From NCBI GenBank assembly GCA_003971905.1, contig RSEE01000005.1, forward strand, positions 1 through 64,000: a stretch of DNA of 64,000 bases. Direction: 5' to 3'. Positions 1 to 13,050 of this stretch are shown here, one piece after another; position 1 is the stretch's first letter, and the number at the start of each line of letters is the position of its first letter. The position numbers and the translations under genes are program-made. This DNA is from Moniliella sp. 'wahieum' (taxonomy: Eukaryota). The notes beneath the pieces were generated by a model that had not been told where the DNA came from, ran no database searches, and saw only the letters and a list, made by a program, of their open reading frames with translations.

Positions 1-85
1 CCCCCCCCCTTTCCCTTGTCTCGAGGGTATATGCCCCCCCCCCTTGTGGCCCAGGGCCAGCTGACGCATTTCTGGTCGTTTGCAG

Positions 86-1950
86 GTCGTGGCTGAATCC
101 ATCGATCCACGCACCACACCCGTCAGTGAAATCATGACGCTTTCGCCGATGGTTACACGCGACAGCATGCTAGCGACCGATGCGCTCACACCATGGTCTC
201 CCGTGGCTTCCGCCACTTGCCCGTATGCAACGACGAAGGGGACATTGGTCTCCTGGACATTGCCAAAGTATTTTACGACGCGCTCAAAAAGCTTGAACGA
301 GCGTATGCAAGCCAGTCAACAAAACTGTACACTGCGTCGAGGGCGTGCAGAATGAATGGGGCACTGGCACCGTTGGTAACCAAGACACGATGCGCGATTA
401 CATTGACACGCTCCGGAACAGGACCTTGCCCGACCTGTCCACTTGTCTCGACGAAGGTACTGTCCCCTGCACGGTTTCAGTCCGCCACCTCGTCCTCGAG
501 GCACGGATGATGGCCGAGTACCAGACTACTGCGGTGCTTGTGTGATTGAGGGCAGCGTGCCTTCGGGGGATGTATCGGGCTTTGGGGCTGGAGGCGCCGC
601 AGGGCCCCGATTGGCAGGCATATTTACTTCGAAAGATGTGGTGCTGCGTGTGATCGCGGCCGGCTTGGATCCTCGGACGTGCAGTGTGGTCCGGGTCATG
701 ACTCCGCACCCTGACCGGCCTCACCCACCATGACGATCCAAACGGCGCTGCGCAAGATGCACGATGGTCATTACCTCAACCTCCCTGTGGTGGACCAAGC
801 GGTTGGGCGTAGTTGGAGTGGTCGATGTGCTCCGTCTCACGTGGAAGACACTCGAGATCATCACGGCTATGCAAGAAACCCCGAGGAAGCGGGCGTGGAA
901 GCAAGCGAAGGAGGCCCGATGTGGAACCACTTTTGGAACAGCTTGGGCTCAGGATCGTACTATGGATCGAATGCTGATGATGGAGTGGGCGAGGAGGCAG
1001 TTTCCTCTCGGGCGTCCCACTCGATCCATCCTACGAGGGAGAGTACGATCCGCCCTTCTCTCCCGACGGCAACCTTTCCTCCGACGTTCCCCAATGACAG
1101 TGCATCCGCTGTAGCTGCAGCCCAAGAACTTGCGGAGGTCGAGGCCCCTGCAGGCTCAATGACACACGACAGCAATTCCAAGGTCGGGGGTGTATCGGAT
1201 GCACTGCTTGGTTCCGAGGGAGTGTTGGATGGAGGAGGACCAGAGTTTTGCCTGTTCAAGTTCACCACCCCTTCCAAGCACGTTCACCGCTTCCAAGCTC
1301 CCTTTGACCAACTGGACGTCGTGCAGGACATGGTGGCGTCCAAGTTAGCTCGAGACGAATTCTTTGCCGAAGAACATTTAGGCCGATGGGTACCCAACCC
1401 AAAAGACTTTAAGTTGGGGTATGAGGACGACGACGGGGACAAGGTAACCATCACTACGGATGATGATATGATCGAAGCTGTTCGCCTTGCTCGCCAGCTG
1501 GGAAGAGACCGCGTTACCCTGCTCATCTTTGGTGGCTCCTCTTGGTCAGCACCAGCGTCAGCCACCAGCGTCAGCACCAGCGCTCTCCTCACCCCGCAGT
1601 CTCAAGAACTGGACGATCAGAGGAAAAAGCTACTCCTCACAAGGTTTTCTCGACCATGCGGACCAACCCTCCTCCTCCCGCATCGCTGGCGTACGCCATG
1701 AACCCACCGAGACTCGCTCTCCGGTGATGGATCCCTCGTCCCGCTCGACCGCTTCCACCGCCTCGACTTGCTCGTCAGATGAACTATCAGACCTCGGATC
1801 GAGGCGCAAAGCCAAGAAACAACCCAAGTCTCGAGCGGGAGGAGCGGACCAAAGATCTGGCTCTCCCAGCAGCGATTGGGTTCCTTGGTGTGGTAGTCTT
1901 GGTCGCGGTTGTGATTGCCCGTCGTGCACCACAACGACCGGTACGTTAAC
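86..1950 (+). CDS. CBS-domain plus PB1-domain protein (Mug70-like), 5' part outside the window
   Basis: Exon begins after CTGAC branch point (61) and ttgcag (85). Translated pieces: CBS repeats (MVSRGFRHLPVC, GIFTSKDVVLRVIAAGLDP..CSVVRVMTPHPD, LRKMHDGHYLNLPVVD), PB1 (FKFTTPSKHVHRF...LGYEDDDGDKVTITTDDD) and a C-terminal hydrophobic tail (LPAAIGFLGVVVLVAVVIA). Several frameshifts. Confidence 0.88.
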
Positions 1951-2768
1951 CGTTAACCCTTCTTTTCTCTCTGGTCACTAGGTCTCTCTGTGGAGATTGT
2001 GGGGAGGGTAGCATGCCACTCCATTGCGATGCCTATCTTTCTTCCACTTTGGCCTTTCGAAGATCTGACTGATCGGTACCCGTACAACTATATCTTTTCC
2101 ATCTTGACGACGAGGCCTGCATTCCCTCCTGACTGAGTATTGGGGACTTTCAATACCACACTTCACATTGTCCTTCCAAAACCCATCTCAGTGGCGAATC
2201 AGCCTCGGGAGCTTCTCCCCCCAAACTGCTCCTGCCATTTGCACTTTCATCGCGAGAACACATAACTGGGGAAGAGGGGTAATGTTGTGTGCATATGTGC
2301 CCCTTTTCCCCTCCTGCACTGCCGTGCCAACACGTGACGAAGACCATCCTGCCACGAAGAATCCATTTGACGCCTCTTACCACACGTCCCGCCACCCCCG
2401 TCCACGTTTGTTCTTCCTTCTCTTCTCTTGTGTAGCTCGTTATAGATCCCCTCTTTGCCTCCCGGCATGGCAACCATACCCCCATTCCGGCTCTGGCAAT
2501 CATCTCTACCGCTTTCTCACGTGCCACACTGGTAAGAGGGAGAGAGAAGATCGCTCAGTAGGAACCGTCTTGCCGTTATGTAGGTACTTGATCCTGCTGT
2601 CCAATCTATAGTTGGGCCATCGTGAGCCACCATAGCTGTCGCCTGCCATCTTACTACTACTCCCGCAAAGCTTTAGTCACTGTCACACCGCAGGACGTCA
2701 GCTGTGTAGTTTCACACTCATACGTTCATTGATATATCGAGTCCAAATATCTGATCGCCGTCCGGTGG

Positions 2769-3934
2769 CTGAGGCCTGAGGGCCTGAGGGCCGGACCTGA
2801 GTACCCTGAGTGCTGAGGTTCAGCAGTACCAGGTAGTACCTCAGTACACAGCCACTAGTCCCTTGTGGACATTCGCCTTATGTATGTCCATGACATCCGT
2901 TTAATACACCTGTATGTATGTACGCCGCCACCCCCTGTGTGGAACGGCGCGGTACAATTTATGTACTAAGAACAATCAGAATTGCTTGGCGTTGTCTGCT
3001 AGAGTGCCACTTGGGAGCACTCGCGATCCTACCTAAGAATCAGCTGCAAAGCAGCCTTCAGATCTCAGACAAGGTGTGAAGGCAAGGTGGCGAGCCACAA
3101 TTCTTCAAGCAACGTTTGAAGGGAAGGAGACAGGAGAGAGAGGAGGAGGATGGCGCGAGCAGGCTGGGGTTGTGCAGCCTGCGAGTGGAAGGTTCAACGT
3201 TCACATGTTTGTACGCCCGTGTTGTTGTGCGAGGCGGCCCCCGTTCCGCCTCTGCTCCGCTCCTGCTGTTGCGCCTCCAGGATGCCTAACCCTGATTGCA
3301 TACACACCACCTCCTCCTCCCTTGCCTTGCTTGCCTGCCACTGCCACAGGTGTTTGCATGATTAGCAAGATTCATGAGCATGATTGATGCGTAACACAAA
3401 AGCTCGCATGCCACAAGGTCTCCTCAACTACAGACAGAAGCCAGTCTCTCACTCAGTCAGATAGTACGGACAGCCATTTGTGGGGATGTTTCCCCATTGC
3501 AGCGTATTCGTTGGTGTGCCGGACAAAACCGTGGTCTAACGCAGCCTCCTCTCTCACCCAGTCAGACATGCATAGTGGGAGGCATTATGCATTTACATGT
3601 TACATGTTACGCGTTACGTGTTACATCATATGTTACAGTAGGCGTTTCATGTTTTACAGCCACTGGACCTGCCTCTGGCTTTCTCACACACACACACCCC
3701 GGTTCAGTGCCGATGTTGGCGTGCACGTAATCCACGCGCTATAAGTAAGGTAATCGGTATATCATGGACCAAAAATGCTGCGGTGCTTTTGCCATGTGGC
3801 CAACACGCAACGAGTTGAGAAGTGGCCAGTACGGTGAAATGGCTGTGGATGTGCAAAACGCCCGACGGCCGACGCTGTAGTTTGCCTGAGTACTGAGTTT
3901 AGGCCTTGTCACAATGGCAGCCCTCAGGCCTCAG
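2769..3934. mobile_element. Possible non-autonomous DNA element bounded by a 15-bp inverted repeat
   Basis: ctgaggcctgagggc (2769-2783) is the exact reverse complement of gccctcaggcctcag (3920-3934). The interior has no credible ORF and contains a segment repeated at about 56470. No TSD identified. Confidence 0.3.
3000..3165 (+). repeat. Dispersed repeat, copy 1 (matches about 56470-56610)
   Basis: Shared blocks: agagtgc.acttgggagcactcgcgatccta, ctgcaaagcagccttcaga, gacaagg.gtgaaggcaa, ttgaagggaaggagacagga. Confidence 0.8.
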
Positions 3935-4728
3935 GGACTCAGTAACTCGCACGCGTGGGAAGAAACAAGGGAGGCTGCGGATCGACAATCAGCACCGACA
4001 GCTAATAGTCGACAATCGATAAGCGCTAAGCGCTAAGCGCTAATAAGGCCTCCCAGCGATGCGCTACAACAGGCTCAACCAGGGACTGGGTTACAGTGCG
4101 TACTCGGCACGCTGAGTGCTATTCCCGCGCCCCTGCCCCACAGCGCAGGCTCTTGTTCCTGAGATGGCAGACGCCTTTAAATATTCCCGGCAGGACGGCT
4201 GTGTCGCCCGCCACAAGATACATATTTGCCCCGTAGTACCAGCCTTCCGCCCCGTCCTTCCGGTGCGTCTCTCCGCATCCGCGAAGGACCCTGGCAGCCA
4301 CGCCGCCCCGTGCAGAGCACTGCGCTAGTGCGCCGCTGGGGATGCTCGGGTGCTCCGGTGGCGACTGCCCCAGTGCTCCTTCGCGCCGCCTTGCCAAGAC
4401 CCGGGCTGCGGCAGTGCGCGCATCCTCGCCAGCTGGTATACTCGGTACTCGGTCCGCGGCACTCGGCACGCGGCTACGCAGGCCTCAGGACGTCGGTACT
4501 CGTACTCACCGGTCTCCGGCCCTTGGAGATGGCCGCTCTTCGTTGGTTCGCGAGGGCACAAGTTGTACATCCTGCGCGTGCAGCTCGTTTCCGCAGCCGT
4601 TCTTGCGAAGAATTCAATCCTCCCTTGTGATGCTCGCATCGGAGGAGACCGTGGGACTAGCCGGCCCTCTCGCGATGTATATATAGCCGTACCGTTGTTG
4701 CTCAGCCGCCTTGCTCGCCCACCCCCCA

Positions 4729-6524
4729 ATGCGCTCCCTTTGTCCGTCGTCTTCGCCTACATTGCCGCGAGCGCTCTGGTGGGCGCCCTGCCCATGGGGC
4801 AGGAGCAAGCCAGCAAGCCCCAGCCGCTCAAGCGTCTGAGCCTGCCCTTGTACCATCAATCCTCCCGTCCTTATGCAAACCGCAAGCGTGACTCTCTCAC
4901 CGCACGCGAGGCTGCCGCCCGCTTCGAGGCCGAGGTCGCGTACCTAGAGGCCAAGTATCAGAAACGCAACTCTACCCCACCTGTCGCTGCTCGTGCCGAT
5001 CAGGGCTCCCCTGACCTCCTTTCCAAGCGTCAGCGTGTTGCGCTGACCGATCTCGCATTGGACGTGTCCTACTACGCCCCCGTGAGCATTGGTACCCCTC
5101 CTCAGACTATGAAACTCATACTTGACACGGGAAGCTCCGATCTGTGGTTTATCAGCGACCAGTGCACCTCCGAATCATGTGCGCCCTACTCAAAGTTTGT
5201 TACAGCCGATTCCAAGACACTACGGTATTCAGACCAACCTTGGGAGGATTCGTATGGCATAGGCGACGCTCAGGGGTCTCTCGTCTCGGATCGGGTCGAA
5301 ATGGCTGGAGCGGTTGTCGAATCTCTTTCTTTTGGTGTTGCATCTGAGCTTACCCAGAGTCCCTTCATCCCGCCTGTTTCAGGCATCATGGGCATGGGTC
5401 TTCCCGGATTGAGTACCATGGGCATCACTCCGTTCTGGATGGTGCTCGCCGATTTGCACTCTATCACACCGGCCTTTTCGTTCCAAATGGCACGGAACCC
5501 GGGTGCTAAGAACGTCACCGACGAGGCACCCGGCGGCATTTTTACCTTGGGTGAGATTGACTCTAGCCAGTATTCTGGCGACATCAACTGGATCAACACG
5601 GTGGATAATACTCGTTGGGGTATCCCCCTGGATGCAGTCACGCTGAATGGGAGTACTGCTCCTTTGCAACAGTCGTGGGCGCTCATGGACTCAGGTGCGT
5701 TTATCCCAGTCAGTTCTCTTCCAAGTGCTGACCTTTTGTTCGCTTGACTCTCTGTCAAAAGGAACAACTTTGATCAGCGTACCACCTCAGGTGGCATTAG
5801 CGGTGTATAACTCCATCCCTGGGTCAACTACGCAAGGTGGTGATAGTCGTCGTCGTCGTCGTCATCCCAGAAGTACTTCTACCCTTGTGATACCCAAGTG
5901 GAGCTCTCATTCACCTTGGGAGGTAAGGTATACCCTATTGATCCCGCTGATTTCAACCACGGTCCGGTCAACGACGAAGGTACGATGTGCTATGGTGGCG
6001 TTTTTGCGGGGCCTAGTCTTGGTGATGACTCGCCCGATTTCATCCTGGGAGATGCGTTTCTCAAGTCGTACTTTACTGCCTTCCAGTTGGGTCCGCAAGG
6101 TCCTCAAGTTGGGATTGCGTCGCTTAAAACCAGTACGACGGCCCAGACCATGCCGCAAACTGCAACGTTCGTCTCCAACACCCAACTTGCATCTCTTTGG
6201 GATATCACCACCGATATTTTCGAAACGACCGAGCCGGTAACAGGCGCTGGGATTGATTGGGCTACCGCCCTTTTCTCCGCCCCTGTTGCGTCTGGAACGG
6301 GGGGAGTAAAGACGGCGACTTACATGGGGTACAGCGGTGATGGGCCTCTCACTGCTGCAGGTGGTGCCACGGTTACGGAGAGCGCCGTGAGCGCGGCTAC
6401 CGGCAGTGCCAGTGCGCAAGCTGCTGGTCGTCGGCCAAGAAATCCAGCGCTGGTGGGGGATTGCGCGCCAATGGCCTTGCTCTCTCTCGTTGGAAGTCTG
6501 CTCGCCGGCGCTCTGCTCATGTGA
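4729..6524 (+). CDS. Secreted pepsin-family (A1) aspartic protease, probably GPI-anchored
   Basis: Signal-like N-terminus, KR-ending propeptide and SYYAPVSIGTPPQ..LDTGSSDLW. The second catalytic motif DSG|TT is split by an intron (about 5695-5761, gtgcgt...aaag). Also FILGDAFL, an S/T/A/G-rich tail and a hydrophobic C-terminus (MALLSLVGSLLAGALLM). Confidence 0.92.
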
Positions 6525-6959
6525 AAAGAGCAAAACAACGCGTTACACGCCTTTCTTCAACAAGTTCTCAACAGTTCGATGCCGTTTTCTTTACTTGATT
6601 CTTGCCTTTTCTTCGCTTGCTGCTTCATCATCGACATGTGACCCCTTACTGTCCGGGGGAATTGATTTCCTCTCATGTGGCTACTATGCACAGATCATTA
6701 CACTATACATAACGAGTATATTGATGCACTCGCGGCAATCAGGGACTTTGCTGTATCTATAGCGACCCGTAGAACTGAGGCTCTGACTTAGGAGAAACCT
6801 AGTATCTAAAGCGCACACCGGCCAACGAGGAATTGCCAAGTAACGAGGTATATGTAAGCGGAAGTAAGGGAATGAGAAGGAAAGGTGGTGGCGAAGGGGG
6901 CAGTAGTAGAAACAGCGGGATCGGAGAGTGTAATACCAGCACCAGCACCAGCACCAGCA

Positions 6960-9045
6960 CCTGACGATGGGCCACGTTACCCAACTCCGCCGATGCCTTG
7001 GTTACGACGCGATTTTGGTGGTGGTGGATCGGTTCATCAAAATGGGTCACTTCATTCCCGCTCAAACGACCGATACCGTCACAGCTCGCACTCCAGTTTT
7101 GTTGAGTATCGGACCACATCATCTGGATTTGAGACTCAACAGTTTGGTTCGGCATTGGTTTGGTTCGTCCTGCTTTGTGGGCCAAACGACTTAAGTGGTC
7201 TGAGCTGCAAGGTTCTTTTGCTCGAGTTGTCTTTCTTCTTTTTCCCTACTTTGCGTATAAGTAGGACGACCCCTCGCGGGTATACAATGCTATTCTTCAC
7301 CACACCCACTCCCTTTGGCTTGCATGGTACACTCCGCCCCTTTACAAGTTTGTACACCATGTCTCTTCCGCTACCAGGTCCTTCTCTTACTTCTGGTGAC
7401 TAATTGGGGACCGACCTTCATGAGCCACGTCTGGAAAGCCTTGCGTGTCGACTTGGGTATCAAGCCGAGCGTCTAGCGCCGCTTACCACCCTCAGACGGA
7501 CGGCTAGACCGAGCACCTCAACCAGATCTTCAAATAGCACCTCCGCTGTTACCTCGACGAGCAGCAGTCCAATTGATTCGACCTCCTCCCCACGGCCGAT
7601 GAATATGCCTACAACTTGTCCTTTCACTCTAGCACCCACCAGTCCCCTTTTGTTCTTACTTTGGGTACTCCCGCGGGGGAGTTGAAGCCCGCCCCTCCGC
7701 TCGTGCCCCCGACGCTGCGTCGTACCTTGAAGGTTCGCGTTCGTCCCAGGTGGTGGCCCGCCGGACGCTCGCGCAGCGAGTGAAGAACCCTACAAGCACT
7801 ATGCCGACCAGCAGCGCATCATCGAGGCGGCGCCCTTCACTACTGGCAAGCCTGTCTTGGTCCGCCGGGACGGGTATGTGTCTAACCAGCGACCCTTTGA
7901 CGGCCTCCACTATCGCTACCTCGGCCCCTTTCCCATTGTCCGCGCTGTGGACCGCCGCGTACCAGGTCCGCCTTCCCGACTACCTACCTACACTGCCATG
8001 ACGTGTCTCATGTGTCCTGCTTCCGTGCCTACACTCCCGGTGACATATGGTACCTGCCCGCTTAATTGAGTCCCCGTCTTCTCTTCCCCAATATGCTGAC
8101 AATGATGCGGTTCAAAATGAGATCGAACACGTCCTCGACGATCGCCGCAAGGGCTGTGGAGGTCGCATTGAGTACTTCGTTCACCTCTGTGGCTATCCCG
8201 TCCACGAGCGGGAGTGGGTACCAGCCGCGGGCATGTCTCATGAGAGCCGGTGGTCCGTTTCCATGCCCTTTATGTGACGGGGTAACTGGCTTCCCACGCG
8301 GAGACCTTCCCTGCCCATCGGAGACAGGACTCACGGACGACTGAACGCGTTTCAGATCCAAAGTCCAAGACTCACTGGCGTGAACGTAGGAGGGTGGTGA
8401 GTGATGTTTTGCTCTACGTCGAGCAGAGCCTGAGCAACGGTCTGCGAGCAACGGTCTGCAAGCCGAGGTTGCGTGTGTCGGAGCTCAGGACGGGAAAGCG
8501 GGGAACTCCGACGAGCGAGGGAGGGCGAGCGAGCTGGTCGGAAGGGGTTTCTACTAGAAGTAAAGTGTCTATAAGAAGGGGGAAGGGGAAAGAATGGTCG
8601 GCGGCTTGGGCCATTATTGGATCTAAGAAGAGGCAGGTCTTATAGAAGGGACTGAAGGGGGACAAGGGGAGAGCAAGAGGTCTACAGTGCAAAAGGGGAA
8701 ACGAGTCAAAGGGGAGAAGAGGACCAAGTGCGAGAGAGATGAGACGAGAGACGAGGTGAGGGTCAAGGGCAAAGTGGACCCGAGGTGAGAAACGAGGCGA
8801 GAAACCGAGTCGAAACCAATGTGTGGTGTTTGGATTCTAGACGACTGCGAGCGGAAAAATGATGATTGTTGTGGGTTTTGTAGATAGGAAGAGAATCCGA
8901 GTCACGTTAGCGAAAGAGAAGAGAATCCGAGTCACGATAGGGAAAAAAGCCGAGAAGCGGTAGCGACGATAAAGAAGTGGACGTGGCTGTGCAAGGCGGC
9001 TCAGTCTCGTCGCCCCGTGATACTGTACCCCAATAAGGCCGTGCT
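6960..9045 (+). mobile_element. Degenerate Ty3/gypsy chromovirus: integrase plus chromodomain
   Basis: GYDAILVVVDRFIKMGHFIPA, AAYHPQTDG*TEHLNQ, EYAYN, the GPF motif (YLGPFPIV) and a chromodomain (EIEHVLDDRR..IEYFVHLCGYPVHEREWVPA). In-frame stops are present. The tail FHALYPNK is split by the LTR insertion at 8273. Confidence 0.9.
8273..9022 (-). mobile_element. Solo LTR (about 750 bp) nested in the chromodomain coding sequence
   Basis: Termini tgtgacgggg (8273) and ccccgtgata (9022) form a near-perfect inverted repeat. Flanks cttta and ctgta match 4/5 as a TSD. Removing the insert restores FHALYPNK. Confidence 0.75.
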
Positions 9046-12000
9046 CGCTGACTCGTACGGTATCATCTACTGTTGCTTCTTCCCACGAACAAGTGCTACG
9101 TCCGTTGCCCTAGTCTCGATGAAGAGATGAGGGAAAACGGTATTCAATTATCTAACGAGAGAAGTAAGAAGCCATATGCGGCAGCGGAGCTCAAAGGACA
9201 AAAGGCGGACCAGATTTTATAAAACAGTGAGGGAAAGGAGCTATATGCACCGATGGTCTGTCCATTTTGTTCCCAAACCCGGTTCAGCCGCAAAACTGGA
9301 AGCAATCACAACCATACAGGTACAATAACAAGTTTGCAAGATGGAAGTATCGGACGCAGATATAGGACGCGTCAACTAGGATGAAGAAGAAGGGATACCG
9401 AAAAGGTGCCACAGCAGTATAAATGTTGACTTGGACGAGGCGGATATGCCTTCAGCAGACATAGTCGGTTAAATCCAATATTGAGTAACAGTCCATATTA
9501 CCTCGTTTTTGCAGCACACCACTTTGCTCAGGGCAGTGCCCGACTCAGTTCATGGATTGAGACTCTTCGCTCATCGACCCTGCATACATTGCCCACGACG
9601 AACACAATTCCATGATCACTTCAGGTTTTAAAACTGCACGTCCCATTGGCAACGTCCCCATATGCACTAGTATTATGTGGGCTAGCGGTCACAGTCACGG
9701 GTGCAACTGTAATTAACAACTCGGCGAGGTAATTGCCTATTGCCGAGTTTTCCAGCAGAGTACCTCCCAATCTCCACTGCACACCAGACACCTTTCCAAT
9801 TGAATTATCTGAGAGCTACGGCTTTATGGCACTACTTTTGGGTTGCTCGTGGTTACCATATTGGGTGGTAGATGGATTCTCGAGATTCCGGCTGAGATAT
9901 CCTCCATGAGCAGTGCTAAAGCGCACATGCCTCTCATTATGGACACATATGTACGCCCATTATGTAGAAGATGCTGCAGGGGAACCTGATTATCGGTTGG
10001 ACTTGATCTTGTAGAAAATGTATGGAATATCCAGAGGGCTCGAAGAAGCGAAGGACAAGACACAGTATGTCTACAGCGTGTTACTCTACTCCAGGACCAC
10101 TATGACAATAATCTGTTGAGCAATCGTGTTGCTTGTACATTTGGCCAGTGGCCAGACTCTCGGGTCTAAGAGGCCCACTGATTTCCGATTTTTGTTTTGC
10201 GGCCTCGAGACAGTCGTCAGCCCCGGTGACGCCTAGTTGTGTTATGTGGCCCTGCGTGTTGCTCGTTCGCATAGACTACGCTACCACCACAAGTGCCACT
10301 GCATCACTCTAATGATACTGGTTCAATCTGAGGTCTGGTTTTATAGTCCACTAATGCATGAGTTAATTCTTTCGTCGCATATGTTACCGTGCAAGCAGCT
10401 GATGTTCGAACGTAGCGCCCCCCACATACGGCAGCATCAAAATTGTGACTTCTCCAGGCCAGCAGCATTGTTTTCTGGATTCACGAAGGCAGAACTCGTA
10501 ATCCCAAGTGATTTGCGGGAGCTTTTGTCCTTCAACATCAGCATGTTATCTTCTTCTCCTGCATTACGAGTTATGTACACGATTCTTTGCTAATGAGAGG
10601 GTAATGTAGTACTAGAGCCCCAACAGTTCATGGCATGGCGCAGGGTTGGACTAGATTACACTGCACGATGCCAAAACTAACCAGCGTTGCAAACTAGTGG
10701 AAGGTGTGAGCCATTGGCTAGAAGAGGGATGTCAGAGGTGAAAAACTTCTACATCATCGCAGTGGCCATTCAACTGTTTTTTGGCACGGGGTGCGTGTGA
10801 TCCTGGGTCATGATTAGTTGCAGTGGGGTGGCAGGTGGCCGCTTGATTTTATCGGTCAAGGCATAGAAAATAGCCTGCCGACCGCCCATCACCTTTTTGT
10901 TGCTATCCTTTGAACAGCCTGTGCAGAGGTCCTTAGACTACTGGCAGTTGACAACTAGCCGAGGGTTCACGCATTCAGATAACTTCTTGACGCCCCGCGG
11001 TTGGTATTTTTCGCCCGCTGAACACATCCCGCTCTTGTAACCATGCACAGTTCTATCAGAACTGTAGCCGAAGTCACTGATGCAAGAAAACGGGGAACAA
11101 TGGCAGCCGAATGTGAATCGATGTCGGTAATCACTGTAATTTTCTCGTATCATAAAACAACTACAGGTCCACTTGAGCCATCACGCGGTGAGGTTCAAAT
11201 CTCACGTACTTACTAAAAATAGTAGCCAGAGTTTCACCACTGAATGCAGAATCACATACCCCACTATCAAATATATACTCCATCAACCACAGTAGCCGGG
11301 GGGGCTTGCTCATTCAAATAAGGTGCCCCCCCACTCATGCTACATTGTTCTTGCAATTTTCTGCGCCCGCTGCATTTATCTTTGGCATTGTCTACTATCT
11401 CACTCCGCTATTTAATACTGCTCTCCTTTAGTTTGAACGCGAATTTTCAACCAACAAGAATCTCGCAAAAAAAAAGTGAATGAGTACTGTGAAGTGGTGG
11501 TCGAAACAAATGCCGTTCCTTTTCTGCTCTGTCCTCGGGTATATCACCGTCTCCTGCGGTGTAACAATGTAACATCTGATGATAACCCATTTTGCCATAT
11601 TTTAAGAAAGTCTTTTAGAATGTGGTCCGCCCCATACTGAATTTTCACAATGATCTTAGTCCTACTCATCCATAATGCATACCACTGCCCCTTTTCAGAT
11701 ACTTTCTCTTCTTGGCATGTATGTGTCTGATATACGTGTTACAGATGGGGTGCATAAGCCGACGTCGGTTCTACGTCACCCCCTGACAATGCCCCAAACT
11801 TCGATTGTGTGCCAACCGTGCATTAATGCTCCAAAACCGATATCATCCCGGTCTGTCCCAAACACATAGTGTTGGGTGCGGTGTTGCAAAACCAATCTGG
11901 ATCTCCTTTATGACTATTTGGCGCTCAGGAACATCCAAGTGTATTTGGACGTTCGTACCTGTACTCGACCATATTGCCATGATCAACCCTGCAATAAAAT

Positions 12001-12087
12001 AGTGCTAGAGACCAATTATTGCAACAATATGAGTGGCTAACAGGATTTGCACAAGAAGAGACGATCGATTAGCGAACAACTACTGTA

Positions 12088-13050
12088 TGTGACAGAGAAA
12101 ACAAGCCCTGGAATCAAAGCGGGGGGGTAGAGAGGGATGTAGCGAGTTAGATTAGGAGTGAGATGGGACGAAGACGGGTAGGTGTCAAGGAGTCAGGAGG
12201 CTTTTGAATCTATGAAAACGTGGGGGAAACGGAGACAAGGCCACAGTCGCCGTTGAGCTCTTTACATCTCATCCCCGCCCGCCGTGGATTGGTGATCCTG
12301 GTGACAACATCCCGCTAACGAGCGAGAACTGGAGGACAAATCCAAGAGTGTGAACAAACCCACAAATTCCCAGTATTCATACAGGGAGAAAGGGTAAAGA
12401 AAGCCATGACCCGCGGTAGGGACGAGGAGATGGGTCACTATCGAGTGGATCTGCTCGGCGACACCGTGACACACCGGGTCACGGCCCATAGCCACCGCAG
12501 GAAGGGTGTGTGAAGAGATGGGATCACGACGGGTGGGACTTCGAACGGCCGACGGCATGGGCCCGTAATACGCGAACATTGCCCTTGAGTGAACAGGTCG
12601 TTCAAGTTGGGTGGCCATTCAACTGAGCCAGGCGGTAATTGGCCTTATTGAACTGGACCACCACTTGGTATGGGCGCAGATGCGGTGAAGAGGTCCTGTC
12701 CACCAGAGCCAGCCTTGGGTGCCAGCACTCGAACCAGTGTGGGAGGGGGAAGACCGGGGAGAGCAGCGATGATTCGTCAAGAAAAGGCTGCGCCTCGGGG
12801 CCAGGTTGTACGCCATTCCCGCCTCGAGTCCTACCCATGCGAGGCGCCATGAGTTGGAGAGGGTCGGCAACGCGTACAAGATGACAATGGGCGAAAAGAT
12901 CTCTTCCGGGACACCATGGGCATGAGCGGAGGAAGTGATGTTCTATGCGAAGCAAATGCCATCGAGAAGCAAACCCGGGGGTGCGAGGAGGAAGACATGT
13001 CAACATCTGGGACAAGATCGCCGCGCACATGCCGCAGTCCTTCACCTTCA
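12088..13050 (-). mobile_element. Second LTR retrotransposon remnant: integrase C-terminus plus putative 3' LTR (12088-12471)
   Basis: Minus-strand peptide PYQVVVQFNKANYRLAQLNG resembles the gypsy integrase GPY/F region. It is followed by an approximately 384-bp segment bounded by TGTCACGG...CTGTCACA. Confidence 0.6.

Noticed and set aside
4350..4728. 126-aa N-terminal extension of the aspartic protease in the ORF track
   Set aside because: The signal peptide starts at ATG 4729 in another frame. The extension is a GC-rich open frame joined by a frameshift.
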